The notes under the pieces are model-generated. The model searched no databases. It was not told the DNA's origin and saw only the letters and a program-made list of their open reading frames with translations. From Ignavibacteriaceae bacterium (GTDB lineage Bacteria > Bacteroidota > Ignavibacteria > Ignavibacteriales > Ignavibacteriaceae), in contig JBJKTB010000389.1 in NCBI GenBank assembly GCA_046703345.1, forward strand, positions 1 to 44,256: a stretch of 44,256 bases of DNA, in the 5' to 3' direction. The first letter of the stretch is position 1; the number at the start of each line of letters is the position of its first letter. Below, piece by piece: positions 6,482-15,083 of this stretch. The translations under genes were made by a program, and so were the position numbers.

Positions 6482-7522
6482 CTAGCTTAAAGTAACTCCG
6501 GCTTCTCCGAGAACATGCCACTTAGAAACACCGCCGACTAACGTTAATGCCTCGCCTACGTTAGCGAACGTTGCGGTAGTGGTGGCTGTTCCGCCGTCTA
6601 CATTTGTTAAAGCTAAGGTTACATCGCCGCCGTCGACCGTCATTTCAATTACTTTAACCTGGCCGAGCATTGTTGCGTTTGGAGCTGCAAGAGTAATCGC
6701 TCCGGCGCCGGAAACTGTATTATCAATTTTTGTTACTCTCTTTGTTATGGAAACGGCATCTCCCGAATCAATTGTTTCCGTATGAGCCGATATATCGAGT
6801 AAGTTTAATTCGGCCGGTGTTGCGGTTACTTCAACCTCGCTTCCGGATGCACCGATTGAAAGCTTTGCTGTGTTTATTTCATCAACTGCTTTGTTTGCAT
6901 CCAGTACAACTCCGGAGCTTGCCGCAGCCGTACCGGCAGTAACCGAATGAAGTACGTTCAACTCGGCCGGTGTTGCGGTTACTTCAACTTCGCTTCCCGA
7001 AGTACCGATAGAAAGCTTAGCCGTGTTTATTTCATCCAATGCTTTGTTGGCATCAAGAGCAACTGCCTTGCTTGCAACCGCTGTTCCGGCAACGGTGCCG
7101 TCAAGTAAATTTAATTCCGCCGCAGATGATGTTACCGCATCAAACTTGCTTACTTTCTGCGGGTAGACGAATAGAGATCCGATGTCGCCGGATACTCCGC
7201 TGTCTTCCGCTACGCCTATTGACTGGCAGGCGCCGGATGCAAGCATTACGTCTGTAAGCTTTACCGCTTTGCCGCTTGCGTCCGCAGTAAGATAATCGCC
7301 CTTGGTAATTGTTCCGCCGTACTCAACTTCGGCAAATCCCGCGCGGATTACGTCAACTCTTTCATCCGCATCAACCGTTATTGCTTCGTTAACTCCGACA
7401 AGATTATCGGTATTTGCCGAGGCGGTAATTACCTGCTTTGTGCTGGTACCAAATTTTACAATCCTGTATTTGGTTATCGCAGCTTCCGCATCGTAGGTTT
7501 TAATTACTAATGGTTCTTTCAT
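6482..7522 (-). CDS. Head decoration / cement-like protein, DUF2190-like N-terminal domain plus tandem-repeat region (346 aa)
   Basis: The N-terminal roughly 120 aa (...AITKYRIVKFG...LVGV...VDVIRAGFAEVEYGG.ITKGDYLTADASGKAVK) fits the DUF2190 pattern typically found between protease and capsid genes. This is followed by 2.25 copies of a 51-aa repeat. Confidence 0.65.
   Translation of the reverse strand: MKEPLVIKTYDAEAAITKYRIVKFGTSTKQVITASANTDNLVGVNEAITVDADERVDVIRAGFAEVEYGGTITKGDYLTADASGKAVKLTDVMLASGACQSIGVAEDSGVSGDIGSLFVYPQKVSKFDAVTSSAAELNLLDGTVAGTAVASKAVALDANKALDEINTAKLSIGTSGSEVEVTATPAELNVLHSVTAGTAAASSGVVLDANKAVDEINTAKLSIGASGSEVEVTATPAELNLLDISAHTETIDSGDAVSITKRVTKIDNTVSGAGAITLAAPNATMLGQVKVIEMTVDGGDVTLALTNVDGGTATTTATFANVGEALTLVGGVSKWHVLGEAGVTLS
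6794..7120 (-). repeat. In-frame tandem repeat, about 2.25 x 153 bp, inside the decoration-protein gene
   Basis: Protein units AELNLLDGTVAGTAVASKAVALDANKALDEINTAKLSIGTSGSEVEVTATP and AELNVLHSVTAGTAAASSGVVLDANKAVDEINTAKLSIGASGSEVEVTATP, then AELNLLD. The DNA copies are visibly similar (for example cggccggtgttgcggttacttcaac occurs twice). Confidence 0.85.
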
Positions 7523-7554
7523 TTCTTTAGCCCTTCAAATAATTGTTAAAATTT

Positions 7555-8814
7555 TTATTTGGTGTTCTTTACATGAGCAACAGCTGCGCTTGCCGAAATC
7601 GTTCTGCCGGCAGCCTTTTCCGAAGCCTGGAATTCGATTGCCTTTTGCGCAAGAGTTTCTGCATCGTCGCCGCTGTTTCCTTTTGCATTATCTTTGCTTG
7701 CAATCTCCTGCAGTTCAACTTTATCCGGAAGAGCTTTGAAAAGTTCTTTTGTAAAGTCGTAAGCATTGAATTGGATTTTAGTTTGTTCCGAACCGGCCGC
7801 CGAGCTTGTCGAAGCAGTAGAGAATTCAATTGTGCCTTTTTCTTTTTGCGCCGTTAAAAATTCAACATACTTTTCTTTGTCCGCCGGGATGATCTTTAGT
7901 TTAAGTTCTTCGCTTTCGCAGAACTGGAGGGCTTCGTTCCTGATTGCGGCTTTTTCTGCTGCGGTTATTTTGTCGGCCGCCGACTGCAGCTCAACCTTTT
8001 TAGATTCGAGGTCCGTTGTAAGCGTTTGGTTCTCCTGCTGTAATCCTTCAACCGCTGTTTTCAAATTCGGGTCGATCTTTGACCAATCGACTTTTGATAA
8101 ATCTATTGTAGACATTTTATCTCCGTTTTTATTTTGTTGTGAAAAACTTGCATTTACTTCCGACGAGGTTTCATAGATCGACGGCGGGTTTCCTAAACCG
8201 TTTAGCTCATATTCCGGCAGAATATTGTCCGCCTCTTCGAGAGAGAATTTATCTATTAAAAAATTTTTTGTGTTCCTGAATAGTGTCTGGATGGTTCTGA
8301 AAGGATAGCTGCTTATAGTAAATTGTGCAAATTCAACTTCATCATTTTCGGTATTGGCAAAATGCGATTCTTCTTCTTCAAATAATTGGCTTAATGAAAT
8401 TAAATTATCCTCTTCCGTTTTGTCGTCGGCTTTTGAAAAGTTATATGTGCCCAGCCCGGAAACAGCGGGAGCGATTTCCGGAGGAAGAAAAGATATGTTC
8501 TTTAATGCGTAATTTTTTTTATCAAGAGTTACGCTGCGCCCTGGCAGCTTTCCCGCGTTCACGGCAATTTTAAATTTGCCGTTTACTTCTTTGGGCAGGG
8601 CTAAAAGAAAATCACCCACTCTTTTCAGCTTGCTGATTGTACCGAAACCGATGCTGTCCATGCGCGGGTGCTCAATTACAAACTGCGGCTCTTTTGATAG
8701 ATCCGAGTTTTCAATTATCTCGTCAAGCTTTTCGGTATTTATGTTTACAAGCTGGCCGTTTTTATCTGTAAAGTTCCCTGTTCTTAATATAGGCATCCAG
8801 TTAAATTTGTCCAT
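7555..8814 (-). CDS. Mu I-like prohead protease / scaffold protein (419 aa)
   Basis: The N-terminus WMPILRTGNFTDKNGQL...FVIEHPR...GFGTISKLKRVGDFLLA parallels Mu-like prophage protein I (W..LLP.G.F...G...D.EH...G.I..L). The C-terminal half is coiled-coil and acidic like a scaffold (gpZ-like). Confidence 0.75.
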   Translation of the reverse strand: MDKFNWMPILRTGNFTDKNGQLVNINTEKLDEIIENSDLSKEPQFVIEHPRMDSIGFGTISKLKRVGDFLLALPKEVNGKFKIAVNAGKLPGRSVTLDKKNYALKNISFLPPEIAPAVSGLGTYNFSKADDKTEEDNLISLSQLFEEEESHFANTENDEVEFAQFTISSYPFRTIQTLFRNTKNFLIDKFSLEEADNILPEYELNGLGNPPSIYETSSEVNASFSQQNKNGDKMSTIDLSKVDWSKIDPNLKTAVEGLQQENQTLTTDLESKKVELQSAADKITAAEKAAIRNEALQFCESEELKLKIIPADKEKYVEFLTAQKEKGTIEFSTASTSSAAGSEQTKIQFNAYDFTKELFKALPDKVELQEIASKDNAKGNSGDDAETLAQKAIEFQASEKAAGRTISASAAVAHVKNTK

Positions 8815-8981
8815 TATAATGATTCCGCTCTTTCATTTATAAAATTTATAATTTGTTCTCTGTGATTTTTTAATTTGCCGTTGAGATTTTTATAAAATGT
8901 ATCAGTACAAATCCCCAAATGTCTTACAATTTGATTAATTGATATTCCGAATTCTTTTGCTTTGAATTTTGCATATGCCAT
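8814..8981 (-). CDS. Small helix-turn-helix DNA-binding protein (55 aa from the ATG; the ORF track extends it to a TTG at 9137)
   Basis: HTH-like segment FGISINQIVRHLGICTDTFYKNL. The stop overlaps the start of the protease gene (TAATG). The TTG-initiated 107-aa version starts inside a 33-bp palindrome and has no RBS, so the ATG at 8981 is preferred. The start remains uncertain. Confidence 0.5.
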   Translation of the reverse strand: MAYAKFKAKEFGISINQIVRHLGICTDTFYKNLNGKLKNHREQIINFINERAESL

Positions 8982-9114
8982 TTCACAATGGCATGGCGAG
9001 AGTGGAATCGCCCCATATTTAAGCCCTATAATTAGGGTATTATTTCTTATCAATTGGAATAATCTTTTCACATTCAATTCTATTTTTTGATTTTTAACAT
9101 AAAAAACCAATCCG

Positions 9115-9147
9115 CCGTAAGATATTGACAGAGTCAAAATCTTACGG
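9115..9147. promoter_or_regulatory. 33-bp near-perfect palindrome in the divergent late control region (operator / activator-binding site candidate)
   Basis: CCGTAAGATaTTGACagaGTCAAaATCTTACGG: 15-nt arms with 14/15 complementary positions, centred at 9131. It contains TTGACA (9125-9130, + strand) and TTGACT (minus strand), both -35-like hexamers. Confidence 0.6.
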
Positions 9148-9204
9148 ATAACTCATTCTTTATATTCCTTGCCAAATATTTTATATAAAAACAGCGGGCT
9201 TAAA

Positions 9205-9570
9205 ATGTTTGCATCTCTCTTAACAGTTTTAGCTTTTATTATAGCTGAGCAGGTAATACCGGATACTCCGAGTCTTACAATGCAGATTATAATTCCAACC
9301 GGCAGCATCTGCGGAACAATGTTCGCAGGCTGGTATTATATGTTTAAATATTTTATGAAGCAGAACCAGAAGCAGTTCGAGTTTGCGCTCCGCCAAAACC
9401 AGGAACAGTTTGAAACCGCGCTGGACCAAAAGGATAAACAGAACAAAGACATCGCCGACTTGCACCAGAAAACAATCGACAGACTTTTTGAAGTAATTAA
9501 AAACGATGTTGAATACAAAGAAATTCTTACCGGTGTGTTAATAGAAATTAAAAATGAAATAAAAAAATAA
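9205..9570 (+). CDS. Membrane protein with C-terminal coiled coil (121 aa from the ATG; the ORF track starts at a TTG at 9169)
   Basis: Two hydrophobic segments (FASLLTVLAFIIAEQV, ICGTMFAGWYYMF) followed by a Q/K/E-rich helix with an internal duplication (QNQKQFEFAL / QNQEQFETAL). First gene of the rightward late operon. Confidence 0.55.
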   Translation: MFASLLTVLAFIIAEQVIPDTPSLTMQIIIPTGSICGTMFAGWYYMFKYFMKQNQKQFEFALRQNQEQFETALDQKDKQNKDIADLHQKTIDRLFEVIKNDVEYKEILTGVLIEIKNEIKK

Positions 9571-9581
9571 AGGGTTGATAA

Positions 9582-9842
9582 ATGCCTTATGAATTAGAAC
9601 AAGCAAACGGGAGATATGCGATTTTAAAAAAGCAGATCTACCAGCTCGGCATAAAAGCACAAAGCATGGTTAAAGATATTCAGGAAGAGACAGACACTTT
9701 TATGTCCGACAAAGATTTTTCGACAATGGATTTCCAAAAAGTTGAAACGCTTGCTAAGGAGCTTCAGCAGCTGCAGAAAGATTATACCTCTAAAGTCGAA
9801 CAGATGAACAAGCTAAAAGCAACTTTTAATATCTCGGAGTAA
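9582..9842 (+). CDS. Hypothetical coiled-coil protein (86 aa)
   Basis: ORF with an AAGGG RBS-like sequence, tightly spaced with its neighbours. No family recognised. Confidence 0.6.
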   Translation: MPYELEQANGRYAILKKQIYQLGIKAQSMVKDIQEETDTFMSDKDFSTMDFQKVETLAKELQQLQKDYTSKVEQMNKLKATFNISE

Positions 9843-9845
9843 GCT

Positions 9846-10244
9846 ATGCCGGATCCCGCGTTAAAAGAAAAAGCAAAAGAGATGTTCGTCATTAACGGAT
9901 TCAGCATGGACACAATCCTTACAATGATGAACGGCGAAGTATCCAGGAAGACATTGTACAACTGGCGCAAGCAGGAAGACTGGGGAAGCCAGCGCAGAGC
10001 GCGCGCGGAAAAAACCAAAAGCAGACGCGAAAGACTTGAAGCGCTTCTGGATAGAACTCTTGATGAACTTGAAATTAAAATGGACCCGAAGCTGATCTTC
10101 TCATTAGGCAAAGTAGTCGCCGCATTAAAATCATCTTCTACATTCCAATTTACAGAAGAGAAAAAAGAAGACGACGAAGCAAAGACTCAAGATATATCGG
10201 AGGAAACCTGGAATAAGATTGAAGAGAGATTAGGACTTAATTAA
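9846..10244 (+). CDS. terS: Terminase small subunit candidate (Mu gp27 / DUF1804-like, 132 aa)
   Basis: N-terminal HTH-like KEKAKEMFVINGFSMDTILTMMNGEVSRKTLYNWRKQEDWGSQR parallels the DUF1804 pattern (...Y....S...IA...GV...T...WK....WD..R). Located upstream of the large terminase gene. Confidence 0.55.
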   Translation: MPDPALKEKAKEMFVINGFSMDTILTMMNGEVSRKTLYNWRKQEDWGSQRRARAEKTKSRRERLEALLDRTLDELEIKMDPKLIFSLGKVVAALKSSSTFQFTEEKKEDDEAKTQDISEETWNKIEERLGLN

Positions 10245-10564
10245 TGCTATTTATGCAAAAAAATAATATTTCCGGCCATGATGCGGCGAAACTCTTATTT
10301 TACGGAAATAAGCCGACACCCTTTAAACCCTATTTAATCCTAAAGTTATGGGAAATTAACACCCTTTTAATAAGCATTTTTCAGCTTTTTAACCCGGCTT
10401 CAAAAGCGGAAAATGCAGCCACGGCCGTTTATGTGCGTAATAAAAGAAATCCGGGAAACAAGCCTTGCGGGAAGGGTATGCAATTATTAAAAGAAATTAA
10501 CGGGGGTTGTGGCGAAATTAAAGGGCATCCGTTAATAATGGCGAGCTTGATATGGCAAAGTTAA
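10244..10564 (+). CDS. Hypothetical protein (106 aa) between the terminase subunit genes; coding status uncertain
   Basis: A 321-nt stop-free frame in AT-rich DNA. The start overlaps the terS stop (TAATG) and the end overlaps the terL start by 13 nt. The protein composition looks atypical and no family was recognised. Confidence 0.4.
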   Translation: MLFMQKNNISGHDAAKLLFYGNKPTPFKPYLILKLWEINTLLISIFQLFNPASKAENAATAVYVRNKRNPGNKPCGKGMQLLKEINGGCGEIKGHPLIMASLIWQS

Positions 10565-11916
10565 AATTTTTACCCTTTCAAGCTGCATTTATAAACGACG
10601 GCAATCAGTTCATAATTTATGAAAAGAGCCGCCGTATAGGAATTACATTTGCAGCAGGCTATAAAGCAACGAGGGATATTGCAAAGAAAAATGTTAAAGG
10701 CAATAAAGTCTGGTTCAGCTCTGCAGACTTAACCGTGTCTGAAGAGTTTATCGATTATGTTCAGTTCTTTGCGCGGTATATCGGCGCAGCCGCCGAATAT
10801 GTAGGGGAAATTTTAATTGATAAAGAAAGCGATATGACCGCCCGCTGCGTACGCTTTAAAAGATACGGCGGGGAAATAAATGCGATCTCTTCCAACCCGA
10901 CAAACATACGCGGCAAGACCGGCGATTTTTACGGCGATGAATTTGCCCACCATAAAGATCAGGAAAAAATGTTTACCGCAAGCAAGCCTCTTTCTCTCCG
11001 CGGAGCCAGAACAATTTTAGTAAGCACGCACAACGGCGAAGAAGCTAAGTTCAACCAGCTCATTAAGGAGATTGAAAAAGGCAAAGACGGATCCATGAAA
11101 AGATGGCACCGTTATAAAACTACAATCGACGATGCAATTAAAGAAGGATTGGTAGATCAGATACTCGGACATAAAGCAACTAAAAAAGAAATTGAGATCT
11201 GGCTGGAAGATGCTTTCAGCGGAATGACGCAGGAAGCGATCGATGAAGAATATTACTGTATCCCTAGATCCGGAGGAAGCGATCACCTTTTGCCTTATGA
11301 ATTAATTAACCCGGTTGAAAGAGATGAAATACTGAACGATACTTTAAAAGATATTCAAGGAGATCTTTACGTCGGCATGGATGTTGGGCGAAAGAGAAAT
11401 CCTTCCGTAATCTGGGTTGATGAAAAACTCGGCGAGCTTTTATATGCACGCAAAGTTGTAAGACTAAAAAATACCGCTTACAAAGTTCAGAAAGAAATTT
11501 TATATGATATTCTTTCGCATCCTAATTTCAGACGCGCTTGCATCGATGCAACCGGCATAGGCAACCAGCTTGCGGAAGAAGCTCAGCAGGACTTCGGCGC
11601 TCTGCGCGTTGAGCCGGTTATGTTTACCCAGAAGTCGAAAGAAGAACTTGCTTCTTATACTTACATTGCTTTTGAAGGAATGAAAAATTTAATTCCGCGC
11701 GATAGAATAATAAGAGAAGATTTATATTCAATCAAAGCGGTAAGGACCGCGGCCGGCAATGTTAGATACGAAGCACAGGAAAGCGACGACGGCGGACATG
11801 CAGATATATTCTGGGCAAAATCATTATGCTTAAATGCATCTAAAACTTACAGCGGACCTTTAATTGTTTCATCTGCGGGCAGAAAACATATAACCGAATT
11901 AATCGATAGATATTAA
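10552..11916 (+). CDS. terL: Terminase large subunit, Mu gp28-like (454 aa)
   Basis: LPFQAAFINDGNQFIIYEKSRRIGITFAAGYKA...VWFSSADLTVSEEFIDYV matches the gp28-family N-terminus (LPYQ..W..D.S....EKSRRIG.TW), including the deviant Walker A. Lies upstream of the portal gene. Confidence 0.9.
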   Translation: MAKLKFLPFQAAFINDGNQFIIYEKSRRIGITFAAGYKATRDIAKKNVKGNKVWFSSADLTVSEEFIDYVQFFARYIGAAAEYVGEILIDKESDMTARCVRFKRYGGEINAISSNPTNIRGKTGDFYGDEFAHHKDQEKMFTASKPLSLRGARTILVSTHNGEEAKFNQLIKEIEKGKDGSMKRWHRYKTTIDDAIKEGLVDQILGHKATKKEIEIWLEDAFSGMTQEAIDEEYYCIPRSGGSDHLLPYELINPVERDEILNDTLKDIQGDLYVGMDVGRKRNPSVIWVDEKLGELLYARKVVRLKNTAYKVQKEILYDILSHPNFRRACIDATGIGNQLAEEAQQDFGALRVEPVMFTQKSKEELASYTYIAFEGMKNLIPRDRIIREDLYSIKAVRTAAGNVRYEAQESDDGGHADIFWAKSLCLNASKTYSGPLIVSSAGRKHITELIDRY

Positions 11917-11956
11917 AACGCTTGGCGCTTAGCGCTTTGCACTTTGCGAGGTAATT

Positions 11957-13717
11957 ATGGAAAAAGGAATTTATATAAACCCGACGACTTTTGTATCTTT
12001 AAGAAATATACAGGCCGGTTTAACTTCGGAGATGGCAACACGCCAGTTTGCGGCGGGCGCTTATGTCGGCTTCTTTAGCTACCTGCCGGATCCCGACCCT
12101 ATTCTGCGCAAGCTTGGATCCGATCAAACTGTCTATAAAGATTTGTTGAGTGATGACCAGGTAGGGCCGCTCGTTGAACGCAGAAAAAATTTAACTAAAT
12201 CTTTGGACTGGGATATTGTCGCACCCGATATAGACCCAGGCGCGTCGAAGCAAAGCGGAGCCGGCGATGCCGAGGTTGAGCTTTGCAGAGAAGTGCTGCA
12301 GACTCTTGAATCAAACGGGTGCTATGTTAAAGATATTATCTCGCAGACTTTGGATCCTATCTTCTGGGGATATGCTCCCTTCGAAATAAATTTTGCAAAA
12401 ATAAATAATAAAATTCTTCCTGTTGAAGTTTGGGAAAAGCCGCGCGAATGGTTCTTTTATGACAATGAAAATCAATGCCGGTTTAGAAGGATGGATGACT
12501 TTAACGGCATAATAATAAACGGCAAGAAAGCAGATCCCAAAGTTGCAGTAAAATTTATAGTGCTTAGAAATAATCCTACTTATGAAAACCCCTACGGAGA
12601 AAAAGCATTAAGCCGGTGTTTCTGGCCGGTAACTTTTAAGCGCGGCGGAATGAAATTCTATACGGTGTTCCTTGAAAAATACGGCATGCCGTTTTTATTC
12701 GGCAAACTGCCGCGGGGCGCAAAATCGGAAGACCACGCGGATCTGCTTACAAAACTTGAAAACATGGTGCAGGATGCGGTAGGAACCGGGCCGGACGATT
12801 CCAGCCTGCAGCTGATTGAACGCAGCGGGACAAACTCCGGGGATCTTCATGAAAAATATTTGCAGCGCTGCGATAACGCAATTATAAGGTCCTTACTTTT
12901 AAATACGCTTTCAACCGATATACAAAAGAGCGGCGCAAGAGCCGCAAGCGATACAGGCGCAATTACGATCGAAGGCGATATACAGGGCACCGATCAAGAT
13001 TTTCCGACAACATTTTTTAATCTTCTATTTAAACGTGTTGTCGACCTGAATATCGGATCAGGCTTATATCCTACATTCGAAGTAAAAGAGATCGAAAATA
13101 TAAATAAAGATCTTAGCGAGCGCGATAAAAACCTTGACGGGATCGGCGTAAAATTTACGCCGGTTTACTTCGAACGTAAATATAATCTTGAAGAAGATGA
13201 GTTCGAATTAAGAGAGCCGCAGCCGCCGGTTAATCCGTTAAATCCGTTCGGCAATAATCCCCCCGGTACCGTCATGCCGGGCGGCTTGCCCGCCTCCGGC
13301 GTGGGAGCCGAGGCACAAAGCGCAGCCGAAACACAAAACAAAATACAAGCGTCCGGGTTTAAGAATCTTTTCAAAAAACTCTTCGGCAAAAATATTGAAT
13401 TAAAATCCTACGAAGCTTTATCGAAGGAAAAATTAATCGGCGACATTGCCGCTGCAGCCCTGCCGGATAAACTTATGCAGTTCAGCATTGAACAAACTTT
13501 GAAACCGGTAATTGAACTTGCAAAGAATTCAAGCAGCTATGATGAATTCAAAAATAATTTAGCAGCGCAGTATCCCAAAATGAATGACGATCAAATACAA
13601 AACTTAATGACAAAAGTTTTATTCATCGCGGAAGTTCAAGGCTTAGCCGATGATCAAAAACATCTTAATACAAAGCCGGACCTGTCGCGGCGAAATCCGA
13701 AGGATGAAGCCGGATGA
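11957..13717 (+). CDS. Portal protein, Mu gp29 / DUF935-like (586 aa)
   Basis: The size, the position between terL and the Mu F-like gene, and the N-terminal DPDPILRKLG...YKDLLSDDQVGPLVERRKN...W.I pattern are typical of DUF935 portals. RBS GAGGTaattATG. Confidence 0.85.
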   Translation: MEKGIYINPTTFVSLRNIQAGLTSEMATRQFAAGAYVGFFSYLPDPDPILRKLGSDQTVYKDLLSDDQVGPLVERRKNLTKSLDWDIVAPDIDPGASKQSGAGDAEVELCREVLQTLESNGCYVKDIISQTLDPIFWGYAPFEINFAKINNKILPVEVWEKPREWFFYDNENQCRFRRMDDFNGIIINGKKADPKVAVKFIVLRNNPTYENPYGEKALSRCFWPVTFKRGGMKFYTVFLEKYGMPFLFGKLPRGAKSEDHADLLTKLENMVQDAVGTGPDDSSLQLIERSGTNSGDLHEKYLQRCDNAIIRSLLLNTLSTDIQKSGARAASDTGAITIEGDIQGTDQDFPTTFFNLLFKRVVDLNIGSGLYPTFEVKEIENINKDLSERDKNLDGIGVKFTPVYFERKYNLEEDEFELREPQPPVNPLNPFGNNPPGTVMPGGLPASGVGAEAQSAAETQNKIQASGFKNLFKKLFGKNIELKSYEALSKEKLIGDIAAAALPDKLMQFSIEQTLKPVIELAKNSSSYDEFKNNLAAQYPKMNDDQIQNLMTKVLFIAEVQGLADDQKHLNTKPDLSRRNPKDEAG

Positions 13718-14469
13718 CCGAGAACGACTTAAAATATTTGCTTACTCTTCCCCCGGAAGAAATAATAAAATGGTTTTATTCAAAAGGATATTCTTTCAGC
13801 TGGAACTGGAATGATATTTGGCAGGATGCGCACATGCGGAGCTTTACCGTTGCAAAGGTGATGAAGCTTGACATACTCCAGGAAATAAAGAACGAAACAG
13901 ATAAAATATTTTCAAAAGGAATTACATATCAGCAGTTTTTAAAAGACTTAGAGCCGACTCTAAAGCGTCTCGGCTGGTGGGGTAAAGTAAGAGCCGACGA
14001 AGTGCCGGGATATGATCCCAACTCCGGGATACCTCCGGATAAAATGATTCAGCTCGGCTCTCCCCGCCGCCTGCTTACTATCTATAATACAAATGCAAAC
14101 GTTGCGTACAATGCAGCGCGCTACAAGTTCCAGGCACAAAATGCGGCAAGCAGGCCATACTGGCTGTATGTGCAGATTCACCGCCCGTCTTATAGAAAAG
14201 AACATGCGCTTTACGACGGTAAAGTTTTTATGTGGAACGATCCCATTTGGGATAAAATTTATCCGCCTAACGGTTTTAACTGCGGATGCCGTGTTGTTGC
14301 ATTAACATATGACGAAGTCCTTGCTCGCGGATTAAAAGTTTGGAACGGCAGCGATGTTAGAATTGATGTTGCCGACGGCTGGGATTATAACCCCGGTAAA
14401 AGTTTATTTGAACCGGACCTTTTAAAATACGATTCCGACTTAAGAGCAATCTATGAAGCATATAAATGA
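13714..14469 (+). CDS. Mu F-like head morphogenesis protein (SPP1 gp7 family), 251 aa
   Basis: C-terminal HALYDGKVFMWNDPIWDKIYPPNGFNCGCRV matches the Phage_Mu_F motif (...PP.H.NCRC-like). The start overlaps the portal stop (ATGA). Confidence 0.85.
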   Translation: MTENDLKYLLTLPPEEIIKWFYSKGYSFSWNWNDIWQDAHMRSFTVAKVMKLDILQEIKNETDKIFSKGITYQQFLKDLEPTLKRLGWWGKVRADEVPGYDPNSGIPPDKMIQLGSPRRLLTIYNTNANVAYNAARYKFQAQNAASRPYWLYVQIHRPSYRKEHALYDGKVFMWNDPIWDKIYPPNGFNCGCRVVALTYDEVLARGLKVWNGSDVRIDVADGWDYNPGKSLFEPDLLKYDSDLRAIYEAYK

Positions 14470-15071
14470 ACGACAACAATTTCATAGAACAAATAAATTT
14501 AATAATCTCAAACCTGCAGTCCCGTTTTATTCCGGACAAGAATTTAATGACTGCAATAGCCGGACATATGCTTGCATCCGTTGAAAATAATTTTGCAACC
14601 CAGGGCTCTTTGGTTCTCGGCGGCTGGCCACAGCTTAAGCCCGCAACGTTAAAAGCGAAAAGCAGAAAAGGATTGTCATCAAACATATTGGAAGCAACTG
14701 GACAGCTGCAGCGCTCTCTGCAGGCAAATGCAAACGAAACGGAATCCGTTGTATCTACAAATTTAATTTATGCACGCTCTCATCAGTTCGGCGCCGATAT
14801 ATTCCATCACCCGCGCACACGCGAACTTGCCTTTAGGATGAAAAAGAAATTTAAGAATAATGGGAAGCAATGGGATTATGAAAATTTAATGCGGCAAGAA
14901 ACCAATCCTAATTTAATGAGGTTTGCAGGCAAGCGGCATAAAAATGCGCTGCGCTATACTATCAGCCAGCAGTCGTATATGGTAAATATTCCCGCCCGCC
15001 CGTTTATGGTATTAACGGATAGTTATAAGAGTTTGATAATTAAAGAAATTCAAAATCATATTGCAAAATAA
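14466..15071 (+). CDS. Mu G-like virion morphogenesis protein (201 aa)
   Basis: ...MLASVENNFATQGS...GGWPQLKPATLKAKSRKG...ILEATGQLQRSL...IYARSHQFGA parallels the Mu gpG family. The start overlaps the F-like stop (ATGA). Confidence 0.8.
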   Translation: MNDNNFIEQINLIISNLQSRFIPDKNLMTAIAGHMLASVENNFATQGSLVLGGWPQLKPATLKAKSRKGLSSNILEATGQLQRSLQANANETESVVSTNLIYARSHQFGADIFHHPRTRELAFRMKKKFKNNGKQWDYENLMRQETNPNLMRFAGKRHKNALRYTISQQSYMVNIPARPFMVLTDSYKSLIIKEIQNHIAK

Positions 15072-15083
15072 AGCATATTGTTT

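Noticed and set aside
6794-7120. Tandem repeats that might be a CRISPR-like or satellite array
   Set aside because: The units are 153 bp, contiguous with no spacers, in frame, and translate to a conserved 51-aa protein repeat inside a long ORF.
9137-9169. TTG start codons of the 107-aa and 133-aa track ORFs, which would leave only about 30 bp between the divergent operons
   Set aside because: Neither TTG has an RBS. One lies inside the 33-bp palindrome, and the extensions would leave no room for two promoters. The first ATGs (8981 and 9205) are preferred, though not proven.
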